In this document: piece after piece, positions 44,901-60,500 of the stretch
Layout of the letters: the number at the start of each line of letters is the position of its first letter
Position numbering within the stretch: the stretch's first letter is position 1
Origin: Raja brachyura
Lineage: Eukaryota
Direction: 5' to 3'
Length of the DNA: 64,000 nucleotides
Assembly: GCA_963514005.1 (NCBI GenBank)
Contig: OY740798.1
Coordinates: 51,646,001-51,710,000, forward strand
Program-made: the position numbers and the translations under genes
The notes under the pieces: generated by a model
Told to the model about the DNA's origin: nothing
The model's input: only the letters and a program-made list of their open reading frames with translations
Database searches by the model: none

Positions 44901-46008
44901 GTTTAAAATCTGCTTGGGTGAGACACTTAATCAAAGATCACTGAAACAGGCCCTTCGGCCCAACTTGCCGTTGTCAACCAAGGTGCCCCATCTAAACTAG
45001 TCCCACCTGCCCGTGATTGGCCCATTTCCATCAATCTATGCTTTTACTAAAACTCTCATCTTGACCACTTCCGGTCTGCGTTGTAATTAAATATGCGCAA
45101 AAACGATCCCCCATAGCGCTAACATTTTTCGCCACCTTACTCACCGTTCTCCTCTGCTGCAAGTCAAATAGGTTTTGTCCCGATTGGTGAAATATTATAA
45201 AAGTTATTGGTCTGTTATTCGCCAGGACGGCGACACCCCTTCCGGCACTCGCTGTCAATCACCGGCCGCGAGAATAAAGCTGAGGGAGCGTTGTGAGCAG
45301 AGTGCGAGCTGTGTTCTGTGTTCTACGAGCGGGCGCCCACACCACCCCTTCCCACATACACCCCCTCCCCTATCCCCACAACCCCCTCTCCTCTGCACCC
45401 CCCCCCCACACCCCCCTCCCCTACACCCCACCTTCCCTTCAACCACCCCCTCCCCCACACTCCCTCCTACCACACACGCCCCTCCTCACTACCACACCCC
45501 CCCCATCCACACACCTCCCCTACTCCCACCCCCACCATCCCCCGTACCCCCCCACCCCCCCCCCCCCACCCATGAGGTTGGAGGAGGTGCAGGTAAACCT
45601 CTGCCTCTGCTTGGGTCCTTGGATGGAGTCGAGGGGGGAGGTAAAGCGACATTTGTAGCATTTCCTGTGGTTGCAAGGGAAAGTACCAGAGGAAGGGGGT
45701 GATTTGTGTGGGAAGGGACGAATTGACCAGGGAATTGGTTCAGGTAGTCCTTGCTTTCGCCATCCTTCCCGTCCCCTTCACAGCTCTCCCACAGCCTACT
45801 CTCTCTGCCTCTTCCTTTTTTTCCCCTCCCCACCGCCCCACATCAGTGTGAAGAAGGTCTCGACCCGAAACGTCCCCTATTCCTTCGCTCCATAGATGTT
45901 GCCTCACCCGCTGAGTTTCTCCAGCATTTTTGTCTACCGTCGGTTTTTCCAGCATCTGCAGTTCCTTCTTAAACATCAGGTTTAATTAAGTTCTTTTTTA
46001 TTCTGCAG

Positions 46009-46053
46009 GTTTTGGCAAAATAGAAAATGTTGTCAATGAAAATGTCGATAAAG
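46009..46053 (+). CDS. 45-bp micro-exon, copy 5
   Basis: Identical to copy 2, with intact AG/GT. Confidence 0.75.
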
Positions 46054-48412
46054 GTAAAAGTCTTCATTTCCAATAGTTACTGTATTTTGAATGTTTGCTT
46101 CAAGTAGAAATTTAGATCATTACACATGATCCAAATGTTCTCAAAACACAAAGCATCTGGGTATTCAATTATCTGGATATTCAAATTACTAGAAAATATA
46201 AATCTTTATTCAATGCAAACTATATGCCCTTACTTACTAAATTAAATGCTTTGATTACATTTTGGAAACACTATTGATGTCTTTAATAGGCAGAATAAAT
46301 GCCATAAAAATGATTTTTCTGCCACAAATCTTATATCTATTTCAATCAATACCAATATATTGACCTAAATTTTTTTTTAAACTTGACTCTGATATCACAT
46401 AGAAACATAGAAATTAGGTGCAGGAGTAGGCACCTTCGAGCCTGCACCGCCATTCAATATGATCATGGCTGATCATCCAACTACCTGCCTTCTCTCCATA
46501 CCCCCTGATCCCCTTAGCCACAAGGGCCACATCTAACTCCCTCTTAAATATAGCCAATGAACTGGCCTCAACTACCCTCTGTGGCAGAGAGTTCCAGAGA
46601 CACACCACTCTCTGTGTGAAAAAAGTCCTTCTCATCTCGGTCCTAAAGGATTTCCCCCTTATCCTTAAGCTGTGACCCCTTGTCCTGGACCTCCCCAACA
46701 TCGGGAACAATCTTCCTGCATCTGGCCTGTCCAACCCCTTAAGAATTTTGTAAGTTTTTATAAGATCCCCTCTCAATCTCCTAAATTCTAGAGAGTATAA
46801 ACCGAGTTTATACAGTCTTTGTTCATAAGACAGTCCTGACATCCCAGGAATCAGTCTGGTGAACCTTCTCTGCACTCCCTCTATGGCAATAATGTCCTTC
46901 CTCAGATTTGGAGACCAGAACTGTACGCAATACTCCAGGTGTGGCCTCACCAAGACCCTATACAACTGAAGTAGAACCTCCCTGCTCCTATACTCAAATC
47001 CTTTTGCTATGAAGCTATCACAATGATATCGCTATGATTGCTATCACAAATTTCATATGGGACTATAAGTACTTGTTGGACAATTCTGCCCAGCAGGTAG
47101 ATTGGATAGCAATGGAGAGAGAGGACTGCTCTCCTTTTAATATAGGAGCGATCCTTCTCTCACCAATACAACTGAATAATATAATATACAAGAAAAATCC
47201 AATTATTCATCGTACAATACGAACGAGGAGACAAATAAAATCAACTTTCAAATTAAGAAATCTATCACGTCGCTCTCCTATTGTTAATAATCCGTCGTTT
47301 AAACCATCTACTGTCAATAAAATGTTTACACACTGGGAAAGAATAGAAATATTTTTTACAAAAGTATTTAAAACAGAAAAGAACCCCAATGCAGAATTGA
47401 TTATCTTTGGAACAATGGAGACCGGCTCTGAGCTGACTTCGTTCCAAGAGAGTTTCCTTAACTATGGCTTAATAACGAGAGGACAAGTTGGTCCAAAGGG
47501 CCTGTTTCCACACTGTATGACTACGACTCTGTCTTTGGGATGTAGGAAGAAACCCGCACGTTCACAGGGGGGGAACGTGCAAACGCCACACAGACAGCAC
47601 CCGGTGGTCAGGATCGAAACCGGGTCTCTGGCGCCGCGCCACTGCGCCGACCCTTTCACTTCAAACTTTACACTAGATTTATTTGATTGTCTCTTTCACA
47701 ACAAAGTTTCACGTTGAATAAATTAGTTTTATTTTTTTACTGGTGTTGAGAATAGATGATTTGGGATGTTCAGTTGTTTAAAATCAGCTTGGGTGAGACA
47801 CTTAGTCAAAGATCACTGAAACAGGCCCTTCGGCCCAACTTGCCGTTGTCAACCAAGGTGCCCCATCTAAACTAGTCCCACCTGCCCGTGATTGGCCCAT
47901 TTCCATCAATCTATGCTTTTACTAAAACTCTCATCTTGACCACTTCCGGTCTGCGTTGTTATTAAATATGCGCAAAAACGATCCCCCATAGCGCTAACAT
48001 TTTTCGCCACCTTACTCACCGTTCTCCTCTGCTGCAAGTCAAATAAGTTTTGTCCCGATCGGTGAAATATTATAAAAGTTATTGGTCTGTTATTCGCCAG
48101 GAAGGCGACACCCCTTCCGGCACCTGCTGTCAATCACCGGCCGCGAGAATAAAGCTGAGGGAGCGTTGTGAGCAGAGTGCGAGCTGTGTTCTGTGTTCTA
48201 CGAGCGGGGGCCCACACCACCCCTTCCCACATACACCCCCTCCCCTATCCTCACAACCCCCTCTCCTCTGCACCCCCCCACACCCCCCTCCCCTACACCC
48301 CACCTTCCCCTCAACCACCCCCTCCCTCCCCCACACTCCCTCCTACCACACACGCCCCTCCTCCCTACCAACCGCCCCTATTCACAAACCTCCCCTACTC
48401 CCACCCCCACCA

Positions 48413-48459
<47 letters not shown>

Positions 48460-48912
48460 ACCCATGAGGTTGGAGGAGGTGCAGGTGAACCTCTGCCTCA
48501 GCTGGAAAGACTGCTTGGGTCCTTGGATGGAGTCGAGGGGGGAGGTAAAGCGACATTTGTAGCATTTCCTGTGGTTGCAAGGGAAAGTACCAGAGGAAGG
48601 GGGTGATTTGTGTGGAAAGGGACGAATTGACCAGGGAATTGGTTCAGGTAGTCCTTGCTTTCGCCATCCTTCCCGTCCCCTTCACAGCTCTCCCACAGCC
48701 TACTCTCTCTGCCTCTTCCTTTTTTTCCCCTCCCCACCGCCCCACATCAGTGTGAAGAAGGTCTCGACCCGAAACGTCCCCTATTCCTTCGCTCCATAGA
48801 TGTTGCCTCACCCGCTGAGTTTCTCCAGCATTTTTGTCTACCGTCGGTTTTTCCAGCATCTGCAGTTCCTTCTTAAACATCAGGTTTAATTAAGCTCTTT
48901 TTTATTCTGCAG

Positions 48913-48957
48913 GTTTTGGCAAAATAGAAAATGTTGTCAATGAAAATGTCGATAAAG
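48913..48957 (+). CDS. 45-bp micro-exon, copy 6
   Basis: Identical to copy 2, with intact AG/GT. Confidence 0.75.
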
Positions 48958-51900
48958 GTAAAAGTCTTCATTTCCAATAGTTACTGTATTTTGAATGTTT
49001 GCTTCAAGTAGAACTTTAGATCATTACACATGATCCAAATGTTCTCAAAACACAAAGCATCTGGGTATTCAATTATCTGGATATTCAAATTACTAGAAAA
49101 TATAAATCTTTATTCAATGCAAACTATATGCCCTTACTTACTAAATTAAATGCTTTGATTACATTTTGGAAACACTATTGATGTCTTTAATAGGCAGAAT
49201 AAATGCCATAAAAATGATTTTTCTGCCACAAATCTTATATCTATTTCAATCAATACCAATATATTGACCTACATTTTTTTTTAAACTTGACTCTGATATC
49301 ACAAATTTCATATGGGACTATAAGTACTTGTTGGACAATTCTGCCCAGCAGGTAGATTGGATAGCAATGGAGAGAGAGGACTGCTCTCCTTTTAATATAG
49401 GAGCGATCCTTCTCTCACCGATAAAACTGAATAATATAATATACAAGAAAAATCCAATTATTCATCGTACAATACGAACGAGGAGACAAATAAAATCAAC
49501 TTTCAAATTAAGAAATCTATCACGTCGCTCTCCTATTGTTAATAATCCGCCGTTTAAACCATCTACTGTCAATAAAATGTTTACACACTGGGAAAGAATA
49601 GAAATATTTTTTACAAAAGTATTTAAAACAGAAAAGACCCCCATTGCAGAATTGATTATCTTTGGAACAATGGAGACCGGCTCTGAGCTGACTTTGTTCC
49701 AAGAGAGTTTCCTTAACTATGGCTTAATAACGAGAGGACAAGTTGGTCCAAAGGGCCTGTTTCCACACTGTATGACTACGACTCTGTCTTTGGGATGTAG
49801 GAAGAAACCCGCACGTTCACAGGGGGGGGAACGTGCAAACGCCACACAGACATCACCCGGTGGTCAGGATCGAAACCGGGTCTCTGGCGCTGCGCCGCTG
49901 CGCCGACCCTTTCACTTCAAACTTTACACTAGATTTATTTCATTGTCTCATTCACAACAAAGTTTCACGTTGAATAAATTAGTTTTATTTTTTTACTGTA
50001 GCAATGTTACAAAATTTTGAGATTTTAAAAATCAAGTCTGCAATTTATCCCATCAGATAAAGCATAAAAAGAAGTTGAATTTGACACCTAATTCACTTTC
50101 ATATCTTCAGTATTAAGAAAATTATGGCCATTTTCATACTCGGAAATTAGCATCTTGTTCCCCATTGCCTTTCAATTGACTTAACTCAAAAGCTGTGATC
50201 TGGAACAGTTAAAAGCCCATAACTTTCTTAAAAATTAAGAAAAGCAATGAAATTTTCAGTTATTATAGATTGAAGCATTCTGAAACAAATATTAAACAAT
50301 CTTACTTGGATGACCTGAAATTAAAGCATATAATTAGTTAGTTATCTAATTGTAGCTAATTACAAAATTCAATGAGTAGATCTAAACATTTATCCATTTC
50401 TTAAGAAAAGAAAAACTTTTTTTAAATTGCCTAAGTGTCCAAATAACATTCACACAATAATCCACAATATAACATAATTTTTAAATCTCATTTTCATGAA
50501 TTTCTGGGCCAAATGGAAGGAATTTAGTGTTTGATTCCTGTAAATTAATGGCCATTTAAATCAACTAGCGAGTGGGTTTTAGTGGAATGCGGTGAATTGG
50601 AACGTTGCGGTTCAGGCACGTGCCGTGAGTAATTACTCAGGGTAGGCACTCGTCCGCTTTGAAAAAAAAATTAAACCACGCATGCGCAATTTGTTCTCCC
50701 CGTTAAATAAATAAATAAATAAAAACGGTGACATTTCAATTTGCCCAAGGCTTCCTAGTCCTAGACCAATTGGGGAACAGTTCCTTTCACAGCGTGTGGA
50801 GAGTCTGTGCCAGGGGTAAAGTTGTGGGGAGGGCACGAGTATTGAGAAGGAGGGTGTCGGGGATACTGCCAGTAACTCACTCACCGCTACCGCAGCTCTC
50901 CGGGCGCGAAGCCACGCACTGTAGCTGGGGATAGAAGCAGCTCGGGGAGCTACGAGCGGCCACCGGGACCTGACAGCAGAACTGGCCGCCACTTCAGCGC
51001 CTTCTGCCGGCCCGCTCACCTTTGGCAGTGCTCTCCGTCGGAACACCTGTCACCTGCCGTTCGCCGACTTCGCTCATGTCAGCGGCTTCCTGCAAATCCT
51101 TAAATTCGCACAGCCCAGTAACCTCAATCGCGCTGTCGGAATTTAAGGACATGAGTGAGGCCAGCGAGCGGCAGGAGAGAGGTTTTTAGACGGAGAGCTG
51201 CCTGAGGTGAGCGACTGGCAGAAGGAGCTAAGGTGGCGGCTGGTTCCGCTGTCCGGCCCGGCGGCCGCTCAGCCACCCGAGCTAATTCTCTCTCTTCTCC
51301 CCCCCCCCCCGGCCTCAGAGCGGTGGCATCCCACGCCTCCGTGCAAGGAGCATCGCAAGTGGATGCTCCCGACCCCTCATTCATAACATTCGTGCCCTCC
51401 CCGCAACTTTACCCCGGGCCAGACTCCCCAAACGCTGTGAAAGAAGCGCTCCCCCCACCCACACACCCCGGGAAATACGGTATTTAAAAACGTAAACACA
51501 AAATGTACTTACCACATTATTGGTACACGACAAACCATAGATGAAAACCCCGCCAAGAAACTTGCGCTGCGCATACGCATCAGTCTACTGCGCATGCGCA
51601 GTGCAGCAAAGGCAGAATTTCTGCTGCCTTCAGCCCTGCTTGAAACTGACGGCTTCAGGCAGTGCTGACGGCACGTGGGCTGCACAGAGCTTCCCGTGTT
51701 ACAAGCGCTGCGGATGAAAGGCACGGAGAATTATGCCTACCTAAGAGATCGATCTTTTACATAGGCATAATTCTCCCATGCCTTTATTATTCATATTTAA
51801 TTATTACTATGTTATAATTTTAGTCAGGGTAGGCAGTGCCTACCTTGCCTACCCTGACGGCACGTGCCTGTTGCGGTTAGCGGTGAAGTCGGGAGGAAAA

Positions 51901-54632
51901 ATACTGTTTTTTCATACATTTTTTTGGACCCCATTTCGCAACATGAAAAAGTTATTAAAGCCTCCCGAAAAACCAACTTTTAATATAAAAATAAACGATT
52001 TACCTTTTTTTCTCCCCTACGCAAAATCCTTCCGGTTGTCTGTGCTCACGGCTTTTGAAGGTGATTTTTAAATTACTCTAGTTAATAAATAATTTAGAGT
52101 AATTTAAAAACACCTTCATTCATGAAATGTCGGAGCGATTTTTCTTCCGCAACGAAATTGCCCGACATTCATTGATTATCCCTGCCTGTGGAAAAACGGC
52201 ACTTTAAGCCCGCCCCCCTCTGAAAGGCGCCAAAGTCACGCACACGGGGAGCGGCAGAACTGCAGCGCTGCTCAAGGTAAGTTTTGTAACATACCTATTT
52301 ACTGGTGTTTAGAATAGATGATTTGGGATGTTCAGTTGTTTAAAATCTGCTTGGGTGAGACACTTAGTCAAAGATCACTGAAACAGGCCCTTCGGCCCAA
52401 CTTGCCGTTGTCAACCAAGGTGCCCCATCTAAACTAGTCCCACCTGCCCGTGATTGGCCCATTTCCATCAATCTATGCTTTTACTAAAACTCTCATTTTG
52501 ACCACTTCCGGTCTGCGTTGTAATTAAATATGCGCAAAAACGATCCCCCATAGCGCTAACATTTTTCGCCACCTTACTCACCGTTCTCCTCTGCTGCAAG
52601 TCAAATAAGTTTTGTCCCGATCGGTGAAATATTATAAAAGTTATTGGTCTGTTATTCGCCAGGACGGCGACACCCCTTCCGGCACCCACTGTCAATCACC
52701 GGCCGCGAGAATAAAGCTGAGGGAGCGTTGTGAGCAGAGTGCGAGCTGTGTTCTGTGTTCTACGAGCGGGGGACCACACCACCCCTTCCCACATACACCC
52801 CCTCCCCTATCCCCACAACCCCCTCTCCTCTGCACCCCCCCACACCCCCCTCCCCTACACCCCACCTTCCCCTCAACCACCCCCTCCCCCACACTCCCTC
52901 CTACCACACACGCCCCTCCTCCCTATCAACCACCCCCATCCACACACCACCCCTACTCCCACCCCCACCATCCCCCCTACCCCCCCCCCCCCCCCCACCC
53001 ATGAGGTTGGAGGAGGTGCAGGTGAACCTCTGCCTCAGCTGGAAAGACTACTTGGGTCCTTGGATGGAGTCGAGGGGGAAGGTAAAGCGACATTTGTAGC
53101 ATTTCCTGTGGTTGCAAGGGAAAGTACCAGAGGAAGGGGGTGATTTGTGTAGGAAGGGGCGAATTGACCAGGGAATTGGTTCAGATAGTCCTTGCTTTCG
53201 CCATCCTTCCCATCCCCTTCACAGAGGACAAGTTGGTCCAAAGGGCCTGTTTCCACACTGTATGACTACGACTCTGTCTTTGGCATGTAGGAAGAAACCC
53301 GCACGTTCACAGGGGGGGAACGTGCAAACGCCACACAGACAGCAACCGGTGGTCAGGATCGAAACCGGGTCTCTGGCGCTGCGCCACTGCGCCGACCCTT
53401 TCACTTCAAACTTTACACTAGATTTATTTGATTGTCTCTTTCACAACAAAGTTTCACGTTGAATAAATTAGTTTTATTTTTTTACTGGTGTTGAGAATAG
53501 ATGATTTGGGATGTTCAGTTGTTTAAAATCTGCTTGGGTGAGACACTTAATCAAAGATCACTGAAACAGGCCCTTCGGCCCAACTTGCCGTTGTCAACCA
53601 AGGTGCCCCATCTAAACTAGTCCCACCTGCCCGTGATTGGCCCATTTCCATCAATCTATGCTTTTACTAAAACTCTCATCTTGACCACTTCCGGTCTGCG
53701 TTGTAATTAAATATGCGCAAAAACGATCCCCCATAGCGCTAACATTTTTCGCCACCTTACTCACCGTTCTCCTCTGCTGCAAGTCAAATAGGTTTTGTCC
53801 CGATTGGTGAAATATTATAAAAGTTATTGGTCTGTTATTCGCCAGGACGGCGACACCCCTTCCGGCACTCGCTGTCAATCACCGGCCGCGAGAATAAAGC
53901 TGAGGGAGCGTTGTGAGCAGAGTGCGAGCTGTGTTCTGTGTTCTACGAGCGGGCGCCCACACCACCCCTTCCCACATACACCCCCTCCCCTATCCCCACA
54001 ACCCCCTCTCCTCTGCACCCCCCCCCCACACCCCCCTCCCCTACACCCCACCTTCCCCTCAACCACCCCCTCCCCCACACTCCCTCCTACCACACACGCC
54101 CCTCCTCACTACCACACCCCCCCCATCCACACACCTCCCCTACTCCCACCCCCACCATCCCCCGTACCCCCCCACCCCCCCCCCCCCCCCCACCCATGAG
54201 GTTGGAGGAGGTGCAGGTAAACCTCTGCCTCTGCTTGGGTCCTTGGATGGAGTCGAGGGGGGAGGTAAAGCGACATTTGTAGCATTTCCTGTGGTTGCAA
54301 GGGAAAGTACCAGAGGAAGGGGGTTATTTGTGTGGGAAGGGACGAATTGACCAGGGAATTGGTTCAGGTAGTCCTTGCTTTCGCCATCCTTCCCGTCCCC
54401 TTCACAGCTCTCCCACAGCCTACTCTCTCTGCCTCTTCCTTTTTTTCCCCTCCCCACCGCCCCACATCAGTGTGAAGAAGGTCTCGACCCGAAACGTCCC
54501 CTATTCCTTCGCTCCATAGATGTTGCCTCACCCGCTGAGTTTCTCCAGCATTTTTGTCTACTGTCGGTTTTTCCAGCATCTGCAGTTCCTTCTTAAACAT
54601 CAGGTTTAATTAAGTTCTTTTTTATTCTGCAG

Positions 54633-54677
54633 GTTTTGGCAAAATAGAAAATGTTGTCAATGAAAATGTCGATAAAG
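54633..54677 (+). CDS. 45-bp micro-exon, copy 7
   Basis: Identical to copy 2, with intact AG/GT. Confidence 0.75.
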
Positions 54678-57527
54678 GTAAAAGTCTTCATTTCCAATAG
54701 TTACTGTATTTTGAATGTTTGCTTCAAGTAGAAATTTAGATCATTACACATGATCCAAATGTTCTCAAAACACAAAGCATCTGGGTATTCAATTATCTGG
54801 ATATTCAAATTACTAGAAAATATAAATCTTTATTCAATGCAAACTATATGCCCTTACTTACTAAATTAAATGCTTTGATTACATTTTGGAAACACTATTG
54901 ATGTCTTTAATAGGCAGAATAAATGCCATAAAAATGATTTTTCTGCCACAAATCTTATATCTATTTCAATCAATACCAATATATTGACCTAAATTTTTTT
55001 TAAAAACTTGACTCTGATATCACATAGAAACATAGAAATTAGGTGCAGGAGTAGGCACCTTCGAGCCTGCACCGCCATTCAATATGATCATGGCTGATCA
55101 TCCAACTACCTGCCTTCTCTCCATACCCCCTGATCCCCTTAGCCACAAGGGCCACATCTAACTCCCTCTTAAATATAGCCAATGAACTGGCCTCAACTAC
55201 CCTCTGTGGCAGAGAGTTCCAGAGACACACCACTCTCTGTGTGAAAAAAGTCCTTCTCATCTCGGTCCTAAAGGATTTCCCCCTTATCCTTAAGCTGTGA
55301 CCCCTTGTCCTGGACCTCCCCAACATCGGGAACAATCTTCCTGCATCTGGCCTGTCCAACCCCTTAAGAATTTTGTAAGTTTTTATAAGATCCCCTCTCA
55401 ATCTCCTAAATTCTAGAGAGTATAAACCGAGTTTATACAGTCTTTGTTCATAAGACAGTCCTGACATCCCAGGAATCAGTCTGGTGAACCTTCTCTGCAC
55501 TCCCTCTATGGCAATAATGTCCTTCCTCAGATTTGGAGACCAGAACTGTACGCAATACTCCAGGTGTGGCCTCACCAAGACCCTATACAACTGAAGTAGA
55601 ACCTCCCTGCTCCTATACTCAAATCCTTTAGCTATCACAATGATATCGCTATGATTGCTATCACAAATTTCATATGGGACTATAAGTACTTGTTGGACAA
55701 TTCTGCCCAGCAGGTAGATTGGATAGCAATGGAGAGAGAGGACTGCTCTCCTTTTAATATAGGAGCGATCCTTCTCTCACCAATACAACTGAATAATATA
55801 ATATACAAGAAAAATCCAATTATTCATCGTACAATACGAACGAGGAGACAAATAAAATCAACTTTCAAATTAAGAAATCTATCACGTCGCTCTCCTATTG
55901 TTAATAATCCGTCGTTTAAACCATCTACTGTCAATAAAATGTTTACACACTGGGAAAGAATAGAAATATTTTTTACAAAAGTATTTAAAACAGAAAAGAA
56001 CCCCAATGCAGAATTGATTATCTTTGGAACAATGGAGACCGGCTCTGAGCTGACTTCGTTCCAAGAGAGTTTCCTTAACTATGGCTTAATAACGAGAGGA
56101 CAAGTTGGTCCAAAGGGCCTGTTTCCACACTGTATGACTACGACTCTGTCTTTGGGATGTAGGAAGAAACCCGCACGTTCACAGGGGGGGAACGTGCAAA
56201 CGCCACACAGACAGCACCCGGTGGTCAGGATCGAAACCGGGTCTCTGGCGCCGCGCCACTGCGCCGACCCTTTCACTTCAAACTTTACACTAGATTTATT
56301 TGATTGTCTCTTTCACAACAAAGTTTCACGTTGAATAAATTAGTTTTATTTTTTTACTGGTGTTGAGAATAGATGATTTGGGATGTTCAGTTGTTTAAAA
56401 TCAGCTTGGGTGAGACACTTAGTCAAAGATCACTGAAACAGGCCCTTCGGCCCAACTTGCCGTTGTCAACCAAGGTGCCCCATCTAAACTAGTCCCACCT
56501 GCCCGTGATTGGCCCATTTCCATCAATCTATGCTTTTACTAAAACTCTCATCTTGACCACTTCCGGTCTGCGTTGTTATTAAATATGCGCAAAAACGATC
56601 CCCCATAGCGCTAACATTTTTCGCCACCTTACTCACCGTTCTCCTCTGCTGCAAGTCAAATAAGTTTTGTCCCGATCGGTGAAATATTATAAAAGTTATT
56701 GGTCTGTTATTCGCCAGGAAGGCGACACCCCTTCCGGCACCTGCTGTCAATCACCGGCCGCGAGAATAAAGCTGAGGGAGCGTTGTGAGCAGAGTGCGAG
56801 CTGTGTTCTGTGTTCTACGAGCGGGGGCCCACACCACCCCTTCCCACATACACCCCCTCCCCTATCCTCACAACCCCCTCTCCTCTGCACCCCCCCACAC
56901 CCCCCTCCCCTACACCCCACCTTCCCCTCAACCACCCCCTCCCTCCCCCACACTCCCTCCTACCACACACGCCCCTCCTCCCTACCAACCGCCCCTATTC
57001 ACAAACCTCCCCTACTCCCACCCCCACCATCCCCGTCTCCCCGTCCACCCCCCCCCCCCCCCCCCCCCCCCCCCACCCATGAGGTTGGAGGAGGTGCAGG
57101 TGAACCTCTGCCTCAGCTGGAAAGACTGCTTGGGTCCTTGGATGGAGTCGAGGGGGGAGGTAAAGCAACATTTGTAGCATTTCCTGTGGTTGCAAGGGAA
57201 AGTACCAGAGGAAGGGGGTGATTTGTGTGGAAAGGGACGAATTGACCAGGGAATTGGTTCAGGTAGTCCTTGCTTTCGCCATCCTTCCCGTCCCCTTCAC
57301 AGCTCTCCCACAGCCTACTCTCTCTGCCTCTTCCTTTTTTTCCCCTCCCCACCGCCCCACATCAGTGTGAAGAAGGTCTCGACCCGAAACGTCCCCTATT
57401 CCTTCGCTCCATAGATGTTGCCTCACCCGCTGAGTTTCTCCAGCATTTTTGTCTACCGTCGGTTTTTCCAGCATCTGCAGTTCCTTCTTAAACATCAGGT
57501 TTAATTAAGTTCTTTTTTATTCTGCAG

Positions 57528-57572
57528 GTTTTGGCAAAATAGAAAATGTTGTCAATGAAAATGTCGATAAAG
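57528..57572 (+). CDS. 45-bp micro-exon, copy 8
   Basis: Identical to copy 2, with intact AG/GT. Confidence 0.75.
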
Positions 57573-60500
57573 GTAAAAGTCTTCATTTCCAATAGTTACT
57601 GTATTTTGAATGTTTGCTTCAAGTAGAAATTTAGATCATTACACATGATCCAAATGTTCTCAAAACACAAAGCATCTGGGTATTCAATTATCTGGATATT
57701 CAAATTACTAGAAAATATAAATCTTTATTCAATGCAAACTATATGCCCTTACTTACTAAATTAAATGCTTTGATTACATTTTGGAAACACTATTGATGTC
57801 TTTAATAGGCAGAATAAATGCCATAAAAATGATTTTTCTGCCACAAATCTTATATCTATTTCAATCAATACCAATATATTGACCTACATTTTTTTTTAAA
57901 CTTGACTCTGATATCACAAATTTCATATGGGACTATAAGTACTTGTTGGACAATTCTGCCCAGCAGGTAGATTGGATAGCAATGGAGAGAGAGGACTGCT
58001 CTCCTTTTAATATAGGAGCGATCCTTCTCTCACCGATAAAACTGAATAATATAATATACAAGAAAAATCCAATTATTCATCGTACAATACGAACGAGGAG
58101 ACAAATAAAATCAACTTTCAAATTAAGAAATCTATCACGTCGCTCTCCTATTGTTAATAATCCGCCGTTTAAACCATCTACTGTCAATAAAATGTTTACA
58201 CACTGGGAAAGAATAGAAATATTTTTTACAAAAGTATTTAAAACAGAAAAGACCCCCATTGCAGAATTGATTATCTTTGGAACAATGGAGACCGGCTCTG
58301 AGCTGACTTCGTTCCAAGAGAGTTTCCTTAACTATGGCTTAATAACGAGAGGACAAGTTGGTCCAAAGGGCCTGTTTCCACACTGTATGACTACGACTCT
58401 GTCTTTGGGATGTAGGAAGAAACCCGCACGTTCACAGGGGGGGGAACGTGCAAACGCCACACAGACATCACCCGGTGGTCAGGATCGAAACCGGGTCTCT
58501 GGCGCTGCGCCGCTGCGCCGACCCTTTCACTTCAAACTTTACACTAGATTTATTTCATTGTCTCATTCACAACAAAGTTTCACGTTGAATAAATTAGTTT
58601 TATTTTTTTACTGTAGCAATGTTACAAAATTTTGAGATTTTAAAAATCAAGTCTGCAATTTATCCCATCAGATAAAGCATAAAAAGAAGTTGAATTTGAC
58701 ACCTAATTCACTTTCATATCTTCAGTATTAAGAAAATTATGGCCATTTTCATACTCGGAAATTAGCATCTTGTTCCCCATTGCCTTTCAATTGACTTAAC
58801 TCAAAAGCTGTGATCTGGAACAGTTAAAAGCCCATAACTTTCTTAAAAATTAAGAAAAGCAATGAAATTTTCAGTTATTATAGATTGAAGCATTCTGAAA
58901 CAAATATTAAACAATCTTACTTGGATGACCTGAAATTAAAGCATATAATTAGTTAGTTATCTAATTGTAGCTAATTACAAAATTCAATGAGTAGATCTAA
59001 ACATTTATCCATTTCTTAAGAAAAGAAAAACTTTTTTTAAATTGCCTAAGTGTCCAAATAACATTCACACAATAATCCACAATATAACATAATTTTTAAA
59101 TCTCATTTTCATGAATTTCTGGGCCAAATGGAAGGAATTTAGTGTTTGATTCCTGTAAATTAATGGCCATTTAAATCAACTAGCGAGTGGGTTTTAGTGG
59201 AATGCGGTGAATTGGAACGTTGCGGTTCAGGCACGTGCCGTGAGTAATTACTCAGGGTAGGCACTCGTCCGCTTTAAAAAAAAAATTAAACCACGCATGC
59301 GCAATTTGTTCTCCCCGTTAAATAAATAAATAAATAAAAACGGTGACATTTCAATTTGCCCAAGGCTTCCTAGTCCTAGACCAATTGGGGAACAGTTCCT
59401 TTCACAGCGTGTGGAGAGTCTGTGCCAGGGGTAAAGTTGTGGGGAGGGCACGAGTATTGAGAAGGAGGGTGTCGGGGATACTGCCAGTAACTCACTCACC
59501 GCTACCGCAGCTCTCCGGGCGCGAAGCCACGCACTGTAGCTGGGGATAGAAGCAGCTCGGGGAGCTACGAGCGGCCACCGGGACCTGACAGCAGAACTGG
59601 CCGCCACTTCAGCGCCTTCTGCCGGCCCGCTCACCTTTGGCAGTGCTCTCCGTCGGAACACCTGTCACCTGCCGTTCGCCGACTTCGCTCATGTCAGCGG
59701 CTTCCTGCAAATCCTTAAATTCGCACAGCCCAGTAACCTCAATCGCGCTGTCGGAATTTAAGGACATGAGTGAGGCCAGCGAGCGGCAGGAGAGAGGTTT
59801 TTAGACGGAGAGCTGCCTGAGGTGAGCGACTGGCAGAAGGAGCTAAGGTGGCGGCTGGTTCCGCTGTCCGGCCCGGCGGCCGCTCAGCCACCCGAGCTAA
59901 TTCTCTCTCTTCTCCCCCCCCCCCCGGCCTCAGAGCGGTGGCATCCCACGCCTCCGTGCAAGGAGCATCGCAAGTGGATGCTCCCGACCCCTCATTCATA
60001 ACATTCGTGCCCTCCCCGCAACTTTACCCCGGGCCAGACTCCCCAAACGCTGTGAAAGAAGCGCTCCCCCCACCCACACACCCCGGGAAATACGGTATTT
60101 AAAAACGTAAACACAAAATGTACTTACCACATTATTGGTACACGACAAACCATAGATGAAAACCCCGCCAAGAAACTTGCGCTGCGCATACGCATCAGTC
60201 TACTGCGCATGCGCAGTGCAGCAAAGGCAGAATTTCTGCTGCCTTCAGCCCTGCTTGAAACTGACGGCTTCAGGCAGTGCTGACGGCACGTGGGCTGCAC
60301 AGAGCTTCCCGTGTTACAAGCGCTGCGGATGAAAGGCACGGAGAATTATGCCTACCTAAGAGATCGATCTTTTACATAGGCATAATTCTCCCATGCCTTT
60401 ATTATTCATATTTAATTATTACTATGTTATAATTTTAGTCAGGGTAGGCAGTGCCTACCTTGCCTACCCTGACGGCACGTGCCTGTTGCGGTTAGCGGTG